Positions 28,501-36,742 of a DNA stretch of 64,000 nt are shown here, one piece after another (the first letter of the stretch is position 1; every line of letters begins with the position of its first letter). A program made the position numbers and the translations under genes. Origin of the DNA: Phycisphaerae bacterium (GTDB lineage Bacteria; Planctomycetota; Phycisphaerae; Sedimentisphaerales; Anaerobacaceae). Below the pieces are notes generated by a model. It did not search any database, was not told the origin of the DNA, and worked only from the letters and a program-made list of their open reading frames with translations. The DNA lies in assembly GCA_021736645.1 (NCBI GenBank), contig JAIPFM010000051.1, positions 2,513 through 66,512 on the forward strand. Reading direction: 5' to 3'.

Positions 28501-30899
28501 GCAGCAAAGTAGCCGTTGATCTCGTTGATCGTCTTGAACGCCTGGACCCGGTTGTCGATGCCCTTGAGGATGCGTTCGGCTGAGGCCATCAGGGCAGAGG
28601 CACGCTGGTTGCGTTTGGCTGTGAGCTGGACCTTGCGTGATTCAAAGGCATTGTACAGTTCTTCACGTTTGTCTGCCAGGGCCACGATAAAGTCTTCAAA
28701 GTCAGCAAAGCGGCCTTCCAGATTTTCCAGCGCGACCATGGTCTTGGACAGGTATTCGTCACACTTGTCCGGCGTGTCACACACGTCCAGCGTGTTGATC
28801 ACGGACTGGTCAATGAGCTTGAGCTGGGAAGCAAACTCGGCCTGGCCCTCCACGCGACCGATCTCGTTGAGCTTATTTTTGAGTGCGGATTTGACCTGGT
28901 TGACCTTGGCGTACACCAGGGAGATGTTTTCAATAATGGTGATGGTCTGGGTGGCATCCTCGATCTTGAGGTTGCTGACAATGTCTGTGAGCATCTCCAG
29001 GTCTGACGCGGTGCGGCCCACCTCTTCCTGCAGGGCCCTGGCATCCGTGACCTTGGCCAGTTCCGGGACCTGCCGGTTCTGGGTCTCAATGGTTGAAATA
29101 TAGGGGGTCAGGGCATCGGGTTCCAGGAGGAATTCCACGCATTTCTGAGAGAGCGTGTCTGTCTGCTCAGCCACCTGGGTGTCGATCAGGCCAATCTGAG
29201 TGATGTCTGCATAACGCAGGTCACGCAGGGACACGACCTCCCCGCGAAGCGCGCGCAACTGGCTGAGGTGTTCCACAAAGGGGGTAATGCTGTTAAACTC
29301 GCTCAGGTCAATGGCACGAAGGACCTCCGCCACCTGGGTCGTAACACGGTCGATTTCGGAACGCGTGTGGGCCTTGGTACGCTGGACCTTTTCGTATTCC
29401 TCAACCGCGGCGTCCGCAGCCTGTTTGATGGCCCCAAGCGGCTCATTGAGCTGGAACGTCTCTGGCGTGTTGATCCAGAAGTAGGTATCAACAATGTCCT
29501 CTGCCTTGCGCCCGATATCCAGGTACAGGTTGGCGTAGGTGTCTTCCTGGTCTATGAGGTTGAGTACTTCAGTACATTCTGCCATGCAGCGGACAATGTC
29601 CTTGTTGCCGATCTTGTGGAGATCGGATTCTGTCTGTACTGGAATGATGAAATCCGCGCCGTAGTAGGGCGTTTGCCAGATCTGGATCACGTGATGCTTT
29701 TTGGCCTCGTCGTCAGCCCGGAAGTAGCAGAGCTTGCCGTCCTGAAAGAATGAATAGCCGTTGCACACCACGGGCGTGGCGATCTTCTGTTCAATGAGGT
29801 TGTACGACAGGAGCACATACACGCCGCTTTCGCGGTTATAGAAGATGTAGAGATAATCCTCGCCATTCGGGCTGATCACGCGTTTTTCAAAGACCATGGC
29901 CCGCATGTCTGTCTCGAATTGCTTGAATGCCCCGGTGAGCAGGTAGTAGCCCTTGGGGAAGATCAGGCCATGACCTTCAGGCAGGAGCACGCATGCCTCC
30001 TGAATGGCGTCCAGGCGAAAGGCCTGTTGGACCTTTTCATTATACACAATGTACCGGAAGGTCTTTTCCTCATAAGGCCGGATCTTGAGCAGGATCACAT
30101 TGCCCACGGTGGCAAAATAGATCTCCGCGTCACTGAGTGTCTGGTCCGCATTGTCCACAGGCTCGGAATAGATGCCTTCGCCGGTTTCCGTGTTGTCTTC
30201 GATCTTGATGGTGAGGTCGCCGCCCACGGTCTCCACAAACACGCGGTCATTAATGGAGATGTGCGGATAGCGGCCCTCGTGGAACATGTCCTGGGTGGTT
30301 CGCCGCCATTCAAACTCGTGCTGCGAAGGGAACCGGAACTCGTGATCACTGCGGTTGTCCAGGTATTCCAGACGATCGCCGCGTATCAGCCATTTGAAGG
30401 TCTTGACATCCTTGACGTCACGGCCCACACGGAACACCATGAACAGGTGGTGGCCGATCACTGCAAACTTGGTGAAGGTGGTGCGTTTGTAATATCTGTA
30501 GAGATTCTTGAAGTCTGCCAGAAACTGTGGGTTCTGGATGAGATCCAGGGGGCACGTGGAAAAACTATTTTCCTGCCACGCATACACGGCAAACACGTCT
30601 TCCAGCGTGGTCTCGTTGCGCAGGCCCACGAATACATTGTAGCCAAAGAGAAAAGCGTCCCCTATGGGCACCATGTCACGCGGTACGCAGTTATTGTCCG
30701 TGGAGATCCGCTCACTGGCCAGGAGCTTGTACTCTACAGCTCCAAACGCGTTCCTGCGTGCCGCATTGAGCTGATCAATACGCCCGCGCAGCGACTTGCT
30801 GTGGGTCTTCAACCGATTCTGAATGATCTCGTACGCACCACCGCGGAGCACGGGTTCATCGTCAGGCTGCTTCGGTTCATTTATTTCGTTGTCTGCCAT
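25542..30899 (-). CDS. giant (1785 aa) cytoplasmic AAA+ ATPase (MoxR/dynein-like AAA_5 signature, possibly DUF3686-type) with beta-rich N-terminal domain, long coiled coils and K/R-rich C-terminal tail
   Basis: Walker A 'LISPPGYGKTT', Walker B 'VMIYVDDIQHTNPEFLQKF', sensor 'VCVIMAGNPYTESGERFKIPDMLANRADTYNIGD'. No signal peptide or TM helix. RBS GGUGGA before the ATG. Confidence 0.85.
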   Translation of the reverse strand: MADNEINEPKQPDDEPVLRGGAYEIIQNRLKTHSKSLRGRIDQLNAARRNAFGAVEYKLLASERISTDNNCVPRDMVPIGDAFLFGYNVFVGLRNETTLEDVFAVYAWQENSFSTCPLDLIQNPQFLADFKNLYRYYKRTTFTKFAVIGHHLFMVFRVGRDVKDVKTFKWLIRGDRLEYLDNRSDHEFRFPSQHEFEWRRTTQDMFHEGRYPHISINDRVFVETVGGDLTIKIEDNTETGEGIYSEPVDNADQTLSDAEIYFATVGNVILLKIRPYEEKTFRYIVYNEKVQQAFRLDAIQEACVLLPEGHGLIFPKGYYLLTGAFKQFETDMRAMVFEKRVISPNGEDYLYIFYNRESGVYVLLSYNLIEQKIATPVVCNGYSFFQDGKLCYFRADDEAKKHHVIQIWQTPYYGADFIIPVQTESDLHKIGNKDIVRCMAECTEVLNLIDQEDTYANLYLDIGRKAEDIVDTYFWINTPETFQLNEPLGAIKQAADAAVEEYEKVQRTKAHTRSEIDRVTTQVAEVLRAIDLSEFNSITPFVEHLSQLRALRGEVVSLRDLRYADITQIGLIDTQVAEQTDTLSQKCVEFLLEPDALTPYISTIETQNRQVPELAKVTDARALQEEVGRTASDLEMLTDIVSNLKIEDATQTITIIENISLVYAKVNQVKSALKNKLNEIGRVEGQAEFASQLKLIDQSVINTLDVCDTPDKCDEYLSKTMVALENLEGRFADFEDFIVALADKREELYNAFESRKVQLTAKRNQRASALMASAERILKGIDNRVQAFKTINEINGYFAADIMIERVRDTIAKLTDLGDSVKADDIKGRLKTIHQDVVRQLKDRLALYEDGDTLIRLGVHRFSVNKQTLTGTLVQKDDGFFFHLTSTGFFERIEDETLNETRDVWHLEVASETLDVYRAEYLAYVMRLSLAASEVEPLRKSSVEDITHRVQTFMGPRYNEGYVKGVHDHDAALILKGLLTLEPAIGLLRYSTSARTLAWAFWHLADLPTRDLMSAKITGMGHAHSLFGTGDALDSYLQELRMNLQQFIEDTHLFADTLVAEAAEYLFHQLCQGPAFVTDKTVLDLKQTFEQHLAAKQYTQAFAQSIKDLTDSPVQCLRVIRDWTRSFLMGRDQAEYADELAALLLPGDFPERQVILQSVLCEIPDMVGSHARIQDQVYALHYCRFMTRLRHHDTHTVPRFHQFQTLRNTLVQCMSQKLHLEDFKPRVMTTFVRNQLIDKIYLPLIGDNLAKQIGAEGVTKRTDHQGMLLLISPPGYGKTTLMEYTANRLGLTFMKINGPAIGHRVLSFDPAEAPNATAREELNKLNLAFEMGDNVMIYVDDIQHTNPEFLQKFISLCDAQRRVEGVFRGQPRTYDLRGKRVCVIMAGNPYTESGERFKIPDMLANRADTYNIGDIVGDNYDPFAQSYIENCLISNPVLEGLTRRSQTDAYAIMKIAQTGSQEGIDFEGNYTVEEIAEYVACMKKLFVVRDVVLRVNTEYIRSAGQSSAYRTEPPFLLQGSYRNMNRIGGRVLPMMNDEELWTLIVSAYEQDAQTLTSGAEANLLKFRELVGRLTEEHTQRWNDIKKTFQRNLLLGGEGSDSMTRLMGQLTSVTQGLDHIKDAIATGVTSMASPQKPAAETNDLKQTAQAVLAQMTQLIQEVKHSQTLQTDLAKTQQTLKQTQDAHNLVAVLEEQFHAMETWLMPMTHGERKDKDKVIGELTQRFEGMVKGYQKLIEVLNAKKQGSGVRDQGSVNKAEAAGPQGSGSPRGARRKAEGKRKPPKTEG

Positions 30900-30926
30900 C
30901 TATCCACCGCCGTTGGTATGAAGGTA

Positions 30927-30984
30927 GGAAGGTAAGAGGATAAGAAGGTTGGCGACATCCTGCCTTCTTCGATTCTTACCTTCC
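30927..30984 (-). promoter_or_regulatory. intercistronic RNA hairpin (11 + 7 bp stem with internal mismatch, 14-nt loop) between the flotillin stop and the giant-ATPase start
   Basis: GGAAGGTAAGAGGATAAGAAGG and CCTTCTTCGATTCTTACCTTCC form an imperfect inverted repeat. It lies in a purine/pyrimidine-skewed tract full of CTTACCTTCC repeats. No U-tract. Confidence 0.4.
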
Positions 30985-31009
30985 TCACTTCTTATCTTCT
31001 CAACCTCGC

Positions 31010-32992
31010 CTATTTCTTACCTTCCAGCCCCAGTGTGCTGGCCTTGACGTGGCCAATGCCGAGCTGCTTGACTTGATCGAGCATCGTGGCGAGCACGCCT
31101 TTGTCGTCGTCATCGGCCTTGGCCATGAGCTTGACCATGAGGGCTGAGATGGTGAGGTTTTTGAGGTCCTGGCTGGTCACGCCGAATCTGGACACGAACT
31201 GCTGAATCTTCTGGCGCGTGGCCTCTGCATCTTCACCCAGGAATGTGTCCTTGAGGTCTGTGAGCACGGCGCTGTTGTCCACCATGCGGTCCACGCTCTT
31301 GCCTGTGGTGATGGAATTGACAAGGCGTTCGAAGAATTGATTTTCGCCGCCCACAATGTCGATCTTGGCGGACTTGAGGGCCTCGCCCACCAGCTTGGAC
31401 TGCTCTGCGGCAATGTCTTTGCGTACGTTGATTTCTGCCAGTTCGATCTGGATGTCCTTGTTGAGGTTGAGTTTGAATTCTTCGTGGTCTTTGCCCACGG
31501 CGTCGAAGATCTTCATGGCTTCGGCCTTGTCGCGGATACCATCAGCTTCCGCGTGGTACTTCATCTCCATGACCTTGGCCTCTGCAGTGCCTTCCTTTTC
31601 CAGGGCCACGGCCTTGAGTTCCGTGACTTCCGCTTCGGCTGTGCCTGTCACGGCCTGCTCCTTGACAGAGGCAGTGGCCAGGACCTTCTTGGCTTCCGCA
31701 TTCTTCACGGCTGCCTCCTGGTTGGCCTGGGCCTCGATGATGACCTGTTCTGCGTAGAACTCCTGGGCCTTTTTGGCGGCTTCGGCCTTTTTGATGTCCT
31801 TGACCAGGGCCTGTTCTGCTTCTTCTTCGGCCTTGGTGATCTGAACCTTTTTACTACGGTCCGCACTGGCAAATTCGCGAACATCCTTGATGCGTTCTTC
31901 TTCTGTGGCCACCAGTTTTTCCACCATCACGCGATCCTTGATCACGGTTTGGAGTTCTTTCTTTTCGACTTCCACGACCTTGTCTCTTTCGACCTGGGCG
32001 ATTGTGACCACACGCTCGCGTTCCGTGGCTTCCAGACCCCGGTCGCGTTCCACGCGTTCGGTCTCAACGGCGTCCGTGCGTTCCTTGTTACGCGCTGCCA
32101 CGATGATCTGACGCTGCTTGTTCTCTTCTGCTACGGCCAGTTCCTCATCGGTGGTAATACGGGCCTTTTGTGCCTTTTCACGTTCTTCCTGCTGGACCTT
32201 CATGGTGTCGGCCTCTTCGCGTGCCTGGACACTGGCGATCTCGCGTTTCTGCTTTGCCTCAGCTTCTGCGAGTTGCTTATTCAGTTCCAGGATGGCCTCC
32301 TTGGCCTCCACGTTTTGCTGCGTGATGGTCTTGTCTTTTTCACGCTCACGTGCATTGGCCATTTCATACTGAGCTGCCGTCAGGACCGTAATCTTCTTGA
32401 TACCCTCTGCATCCAGGATGTTGTCCGGGTTGAGCAGCTGCTTGTCCGTCTGCTCCAGGTAGTCAATGGCCGCGTCTTCCAGGATGTAGCCGCTGAGGTC
32501 CGTGCCAATGATCTGGAGGATCTGTTCGCGGAATCGCATGCGGTCCGTGTACAGTTCCGAGAAGTCAAACTGCTTGCCCACGGTCTTAAGGGCCTCTGAG
32601 AACTTGGCGTCGAACAGTTCCACCAAAGCATGTTGATCTGATGCTCTTTTACAGCCCAGAGCCTGCGCCACCTGGATCACGTCCTCGACAGTATTGTTCA
32701 CGCGCACAAAAAAGGCCACCACTATGTCGGCCCTGAGGTTGTCCTTGCAGATCAAACCCTGCTGCGCGCGACGGTCGATCTCAATGCGTTTCACGGACAC
32801 GTCCATGTATTCGGCCCTGTGCAGGATCGGAATCACCAACATGCCTGAGAAGCAGACCTTGGTGCCGCCCATGCCGTTCCGGATCAGGGCCTGACCTTGC
32901 AGCACTTTTCTGTAGCATTTGATAAGGACCATGAGGCCCAGCACGATCAAGCCTGCAATGATGGCTACGACTGTCATGACTTCTGTTGGCAT
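31010..32992 (-). CDS. flotillin / SPFH (band-7) family membrane scaffold protein with long EA-rich coiled coil
   Basis: N-terminal TM helix. The SPFH core 'YRKVLQGQALIRNGMGGTKV...SVKRIEIDRRAQQGLICKDNLRADI' is flotillin/YqiK-like. Confidence 0.9.
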   Translation of the reverse strand: MPTEVMTVVAIIAGLIVLGLMVLIKCYRKVLQGQALIRNGMGGTKVCFSGMLVIPILHRAEYMDVSVKRIEIDRRAQQGLICKDNLRADIVVAFFVRVNNTVEDVIQVAQALGCKRASDQHALVELFDAKFSEALKTVGKQFDFSELYTDRMRFREQILQIIGTDLSGYILEDAAIDYLEQTDKQLLNPDNILDAEGIKKITVLTAAQYEMANAREREKDKTITQQNVEAKEAILELNKQLAEAEAKQKREIASVQAREEADTMKVQQEEREKAQKARITTDEELAVAEENKQRQIIVAARNKERTDAVETERVERDRGLEATERERVVTIAQVERDKVVEVEKKELQTVIKDRVMVEKLVATEEERIKDVREFASADRSKKVQITKAEEEAEQALVKDIKKAEAAKKAQEFYAEQVIIEAQANQEAAVKNAEAKKVLATASVKEQAVTGTAEAEVTELKAVALEKEGTAEAKVMEMKYHAEADGIRDKAEAMKIFDAVGKDHEEFKLNLNKDIQIELAEINVRKDIAAEQSKLVGEALKSAKIDIVGGENQFFERLVNSITTGKSVDRMVDNSAVLTDLKDTFLGEDAEATRQKIQQFVSRFGVTSQDLKNLTISALMVKLMAKADDDDKGVLATMLDQVKQLGIGHVKASTLGLEGKK

Positions 32993-33003
32993 AATACTCT
33001 CTC

Positions 33004-33645
33004 CTATTTAGGGGGGACTATAAAATAGATGTTGCTCTTCTGATCTCTCTCGACAATCACGGCCGGATCGTGTTCGTGGAACACGTGGTCGTGTTTGGAA
33101 CGTACATTCAATCGAATGGGCGCGCCCTTGGTATGGACCTCCAACTGGCCCATCAGCTCTGCCGTGACCTGGGTTGTGACCACCAGGCCCTGGCTGCCAA
33201 TCACCTTTCGGGGGGCATTAAAGTCCTTGTAAAACAGGGCATACAGGGGACGCAGAGGCAAAGCCACACACTTGACCACCAGACTGCTGATGGCCACATT
33301 GCAGATAAACACACCCAGGGCCTGGAGTATGTGTTGACCCGGGTTCAGGTAGTAGTTGCCCAGAATGGCAATGGCCCAGAGGCTCAGGATAAAGCAGCTC
33401 AGCAGGACCATGACCGGTATTTCACCCACATGGAACCAGTGGAGTATCCCCCATGCCATGCCTGGTCCCAGATCCACATCAGACCCTGCGTCAAGGTCCC
33501 CGTCCATTTCAGGCATGTCAAAATCGAACAGATCCGTGTCCAGTACGCCCACGATCACCACCAGCCAGTATATGACGATGGTGATGAGTAGCAGCGTAAA
33601 GACCACATTGATCGGAGAGAATGCCAGTTGCATCAACTCAACCAT
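33004..33645 (-). CDS. short NfeD-like membrane protein (YuaF/YqiJ-type partner of flotillin)
   Basis: Multi-TM N-terminus plus a C-terminal soluble beta domain. It ends 11 bp upstream of the flotillin start, matching the conserved nfeD-floT arrangement. Confidence 0.65.
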   Translation of the reverse strand: MVELMQLAFSPINVVFTLLLITIVIYWLVVIVGVLDTDLFDFDMPEMDGDLDAGSDVDLGPGMAWGILHWFHVGEIPVMVLLSCFILSLWAIAILGNYYLNPGQHILQALGVFICNVAISSLVVKCVALPLRPLYALFYKDFNAPRKVIGSQGLVVTTQVTAELMGQLEVHTKGAPIRLNVRSKHDHVFHEHDPAVIVERDQKSNIYFIVPPK

Positions 33646-33901
33646 GATTCGATCCTCTGTTTGCCTTAATATCCACGCTCAATCTCTCAAAAACCCTGAA
33701 AAGGCCTCCGTCAAGACGCCATGCCTTATTCGACTGTATGCTAAGGCTGGACCAGAGACCCGTCAAGGATCAAGTTGGCACTATAGTTTTTACCTCACCA
33801 GACGCCAGACCCAGGAGTCATCCATCTGTTGTGCTTTGAACATCTTTAAGAGAGGACGGTTCTCTATCAGGATTATTCATTGAAACCGCAAAAAAAGAAT
33901 A

Positions 33902-33929
33902 CTTTGGCAAATTAAACACTTTGCCAAAG
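33902..33929. promoter_or_regulatory. perfect palindromic operator CTTTGGCAAA-N8-TTTGCCAAAG
   Basis: 10-bp perfect inverted arms in the divergent nfeD / ykgJ intergenic region. Spacing is incompatible with a sigma-54 -24/-12 element. Confidence 0.4.
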
Positions 33930-33930
33930 C

Positions 33931-34018
33931 GGGTCACAGTTCACGGTTCCAGGTTCACAGTTGACAGAATAAGCTAGTTTTATGGCAGGAAACCGTGAAC
34001 CTTTTTAACCGTGAACCA
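33931..34018. promoter_or_regulatory. cluster of TTCACGGTT boxes in both orientations (same motif as at 24.66 kb)
   Basis: GTTCACGGTTCC at 33939-33950 and degenerate GGTTCACAG at 33952-33960. AACCGTGAAC at 33991-34000 and 34008-34017 are reverse-complement copies. 70 bp upstream of the ykgJ-like gene and about 290 bp upstream of nfeD. Confidence 0.55.
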
Positions 34019-34087
34019 CACTTTTGCTTCCCATAGCTAAAGTGCTGCAGGTATTTCTTTAAAAATCCTGAGACAGGGTGTATAGTC

Positions 34088-34642
34088 TTGGCCATGAATG
34101 AGCAAGAAACGCCACACACAGAGCCTACAGGTGAGCAGTTGACCGAACTCCTGGCCCGCTTCTACAGGGAAGTGGACCAGCGTGCTCAAACCTTGATCGA
34201 TATGAATGGGGATCGATTGCACTGCCAAAAGGGGTGCTACTCCTGCTGTGTGGACGACATCACCGTGTTTCAGGTCGAAGCTGACCATATTCTCAAGGCT
34301 CACGGTGAATTACTGGAAACTGACACACCCCATGATACAGGGGCCTGTGCCTTTCTGGATGGGGAAGGTGCCTGCCGCATCTATGAAAATCGTCCGTATG
34401 TGTGCCGGTCCCAGGGTTTGCCCTTGCGGTGGCTCGATGAAACACCGGACGGACGCGAAGTGGAGATGCGTGACATCTGTCCCCTCAACGATATCGAACA
34501 GGATCTGGAGATCCTGCCCAGCGACCAGTTCTGGATGATCGGCCCGTTCGAAGAGGTGCTGGCCAATATCCAGACTTACGTGGGCCAGGGAGACCTGACG
34601 CGTGTCAAGTTGAGGGATCTTTGGGATAGAACCGGTTCTTAG
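34088..34642 (+). CDS. YkgJ-family (UPF0153) cysteine-cluster protein
   Basis: Hallmark 'CQKGCYSCC' Cys cluster plus additional C-terminal Cys residues. Confidence 0.7.
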   Translation: MAMNEQETPHTEPTGEQLTELLARFYREVDQRAQTLIDMNGDRLHCQKGCYSCCVDDITVFQVEADHILKAHGELLETDTPHDTGACAFLDGEGACRIYENRPYVCRSQGLPLRWLDETPDGREVEMRDICPLNDIEQDLEILPSDQFWMIGPFEEVLANIQTYVGQGDLTRVKLRDLWDRTGS

Positions 34643-34853
34643 TGGTTGGTTGCTGGTTTCCGGAAGGCGGTGCCTATACGAAGCCAGGTATCAGCGATTT
34701 CCTGGTTGTGCATTGGCTTGAGGGACTGTACAATCCTATTCGAGATGTGACTCTTTTTTGACCGCGCCAGTTAATTTGGCCAGTATCCAAGCGACCTTGT
34801 TTTGTCTATTGGCAAAAAAATTCTACATGGGTTCAACATGAGAGGAAGCGGAT

Positions 34854-35789
34854 ATGACCGGGACTAGACTTATTGGATTTGCTTTTGGGCTATTGATACT
34901 GAGCACCACGGCTTTGGGGCAGAATATTTCTCCTGATGAAATCGAGAAGAAGGTTGCAGATTCGTACCAGGCTCTGGACACGTACAAGGCTGAAGGCACG
35001 ATCACCTCGGACATCGGCTCAGGCGGTACTCAGCACAAGCTTGAGACTTCCTTTACAGTTCTCATGAAGAAGCCGAATCTTTATCGGATTACCTGGACAC
35101 AGGCACACAAGTCCACGCCTGGTCTGGAGGCCCAATCTGGTGCTGTGTGGAGTGACGGCACGCAGCCCTATATGTATATGAGCGCGATGCACGCGTATTC
35201 CAAAATGTCCAGTGACGACATGGCCCTGGGCGCGGCCACAGGCATCTCTGGAGGGGCGGCCTTCACCGTGCCTTCGCTTTTTCTACCCGGCTTCATGGGA
35301 CAGCCTCGACCGTTTTCCCTTTTGAGAGAACCCAGAGTTGAAACCGCTGAAAAAGTGGGAGACGAAGAATGCCATGTTCTGACAGGGTCCTCATCTATAT
35401 CAAAAAAAGAGACCTATTGGATTTCTAAGAGCAGCCATCTGATCCGGAAATACGCGCGTTCCCTTGAAGCTCCGGAAGACGGCGGCCCAGTCATACCAGA
35501 ACTGACAGATGAAATGCTAGAGCAGACGCTCACAGCCATGGGGCAGACCGTGACCCCAGAGGCCAAAGAGAACATGAAGCAGATACTGGAGAACTTAAAG
35601 ACGACGCTCAAGACCACAAAGCTCCAGGGGACTTCCACCGAACTGCATGCGAAGGTCTCGTTTCCGAAACTCAGCAAGAGCGACTTCAAGTTTGCCCTGC
35701 CGGAAGGGACAGTGCTCGAAGATTCGCTGTTTGGGGGCATGCTCAAGGCAAACAAGACGGCATCTGACAGGGCCAAGGGTGCGCTTTAA
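34854..35789 (+). CDS. secreted hypothetical protein (LolA-like fold suspected)
   Basis: Signal peptide, GAGGAAG RBS, good coding periodicity. No motif I can name confidently. Confidence 0.45.
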   Translation: MTGTRLIGFAFGLLILSTTALGQNISPDEIEKKVADSYQALDTYKAEGTITSDIGSGGTQHKLETSFTVLMKKPNLYRITWTQAHKSTPGLEAQSGAVWSDGTQPYMYMSAMHAYSKMSSDDMALGAATGISGGAAFTVPSLFLPGFMGQPRPFSLLREPRVETAEKVGDEECHVLTGSSSISKKETYWISKSSHLIRKYARSLEAPEDGGPVIPELTDEMLEQTLTAMGQTVTPEAKENMKQILENLKTTLKTTKLQGTSTELHAKVSFPKLSKSDFKFALPEGTVLEDSLFGGMLKANKTASDRAKGAL

Positions 35790-35807
35790 AGGACAGGGAG
35801 TGTTTGA

Positions 35808-36374
35808 TACCTGAACAAGACAATCTGTCTTGGGACTGGCGCCTTTGAGGCGGATGCCCTCCATGTGGGTATGGACGAGGTCTTCCTGATCGGGTCCGAG
35901 CATTCACCCTCCACTAAGGGCAAGGATCCGGCACCCATCTTGGCCAAGGCCATCAATGATCTGCACAGGCATCTGGTGAAGAGGCGGGGCGTGGACATGC
36001 TCATGTGGGGTGATCGACTGATTGACGGCCAGGTGTACAAATACGGCGACTGGGAATCTGCCAACAACGGCACAGCGCCAGCCATTGACCTGATTTCGAA
36101 AGACATCATCATCTGCGACTGGCACTATACCTTGCGAGAGAGCTATCCCTCAGTCAAGATGTTTGCAGACCAGGGATTTCGCGTGTGGCCCAGTGGGTGG
36201 AACAAGGTGGACGCGACCGAGGCACTCATCAGATACAGCCGTGACCTCAAACATCCCAATGTGCTGGGCCGCCTGTTCACCACGTGGAGTGGGCGCAAAC
36301 AATGGCTCGAATGGCCGCCTGTGGTTGAAGGGCTCAAACTCCTGCGACAAGACAAAACTCCTTCATCACCATAG
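35808..36374 (+). pseudogene. C-terminal remnant of a GH20-like TIM-barrel glycosidase (N-terminal about two-thirds missing)
   Basis: The frame opens right after a stop at 35805. 'ALHVGMDEVF' resembles the GH20 catalytic 'H-x-G-G-D-E' block, followed by a 'ICDWHY' segment. At 169-188 aa it is far too short for an intact enzyme and has no signal peptide. Confidence 0.3.
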
Positions 36375-36685
36375 AGCCGGACGCAGTCCTGTCACAAAAC
36401 GAGCCACTCGAAGCCAGATCGGATTCTTCGACAGGTTGCCAGGGGATGAATGTTTTTAGGAGCGTCTGTAAATGGTCAGGGGACACTTCTCGGATGGCAT
36501 AGACACATCAGTCAGGGTTCCCAGACTACAGGAATGAACGGTCGGCAGGTCAGATTCTTCCCCTAATTTCCGTTTTTGTGAAACTTTCAGACACATATAA
36601 TCGACTCTTAGAGTGAAGTCGAATGCCTGCCCTTGGCTGCAAAGCTCAATTTTGGACGAAACGGGGCACATCAAAGGCTGTTTTT

Positions 36686-36694
36686 TGGTATAAT
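36686..36694 (+). promoter_or_regulatory. extended -10 promoter (TGGTATAAT) for LTD-CotH gene 2
   Basis: TTTTTTGGTATAATATTAG about 48 nt upstream of the ATG at 36743. Mirrors the element at 18927. Confidence 0.45.
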
Positions 36695-36742
36695 ATTAGT
36701 CTTTAGGCGGTCAATTTGAAGAAGGTTCAATTGAGGTATGTG

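Noticed and set aside
31337-32599. 420-aa + strand ORF inside the flotillin gene
   Set aside because: It is the antisense of the EA-rich coiled-coil region. Its low-complexity F/L/G-rich translation is an artefact.
33902-33929. Sigma-54 promoter reading of TGGCA...TTTGC
   Set aside because: The GG-to-GC spacing is 16 nt rather than 11 nt, and the element is a perfect dyad. Operator interpretation preferred.
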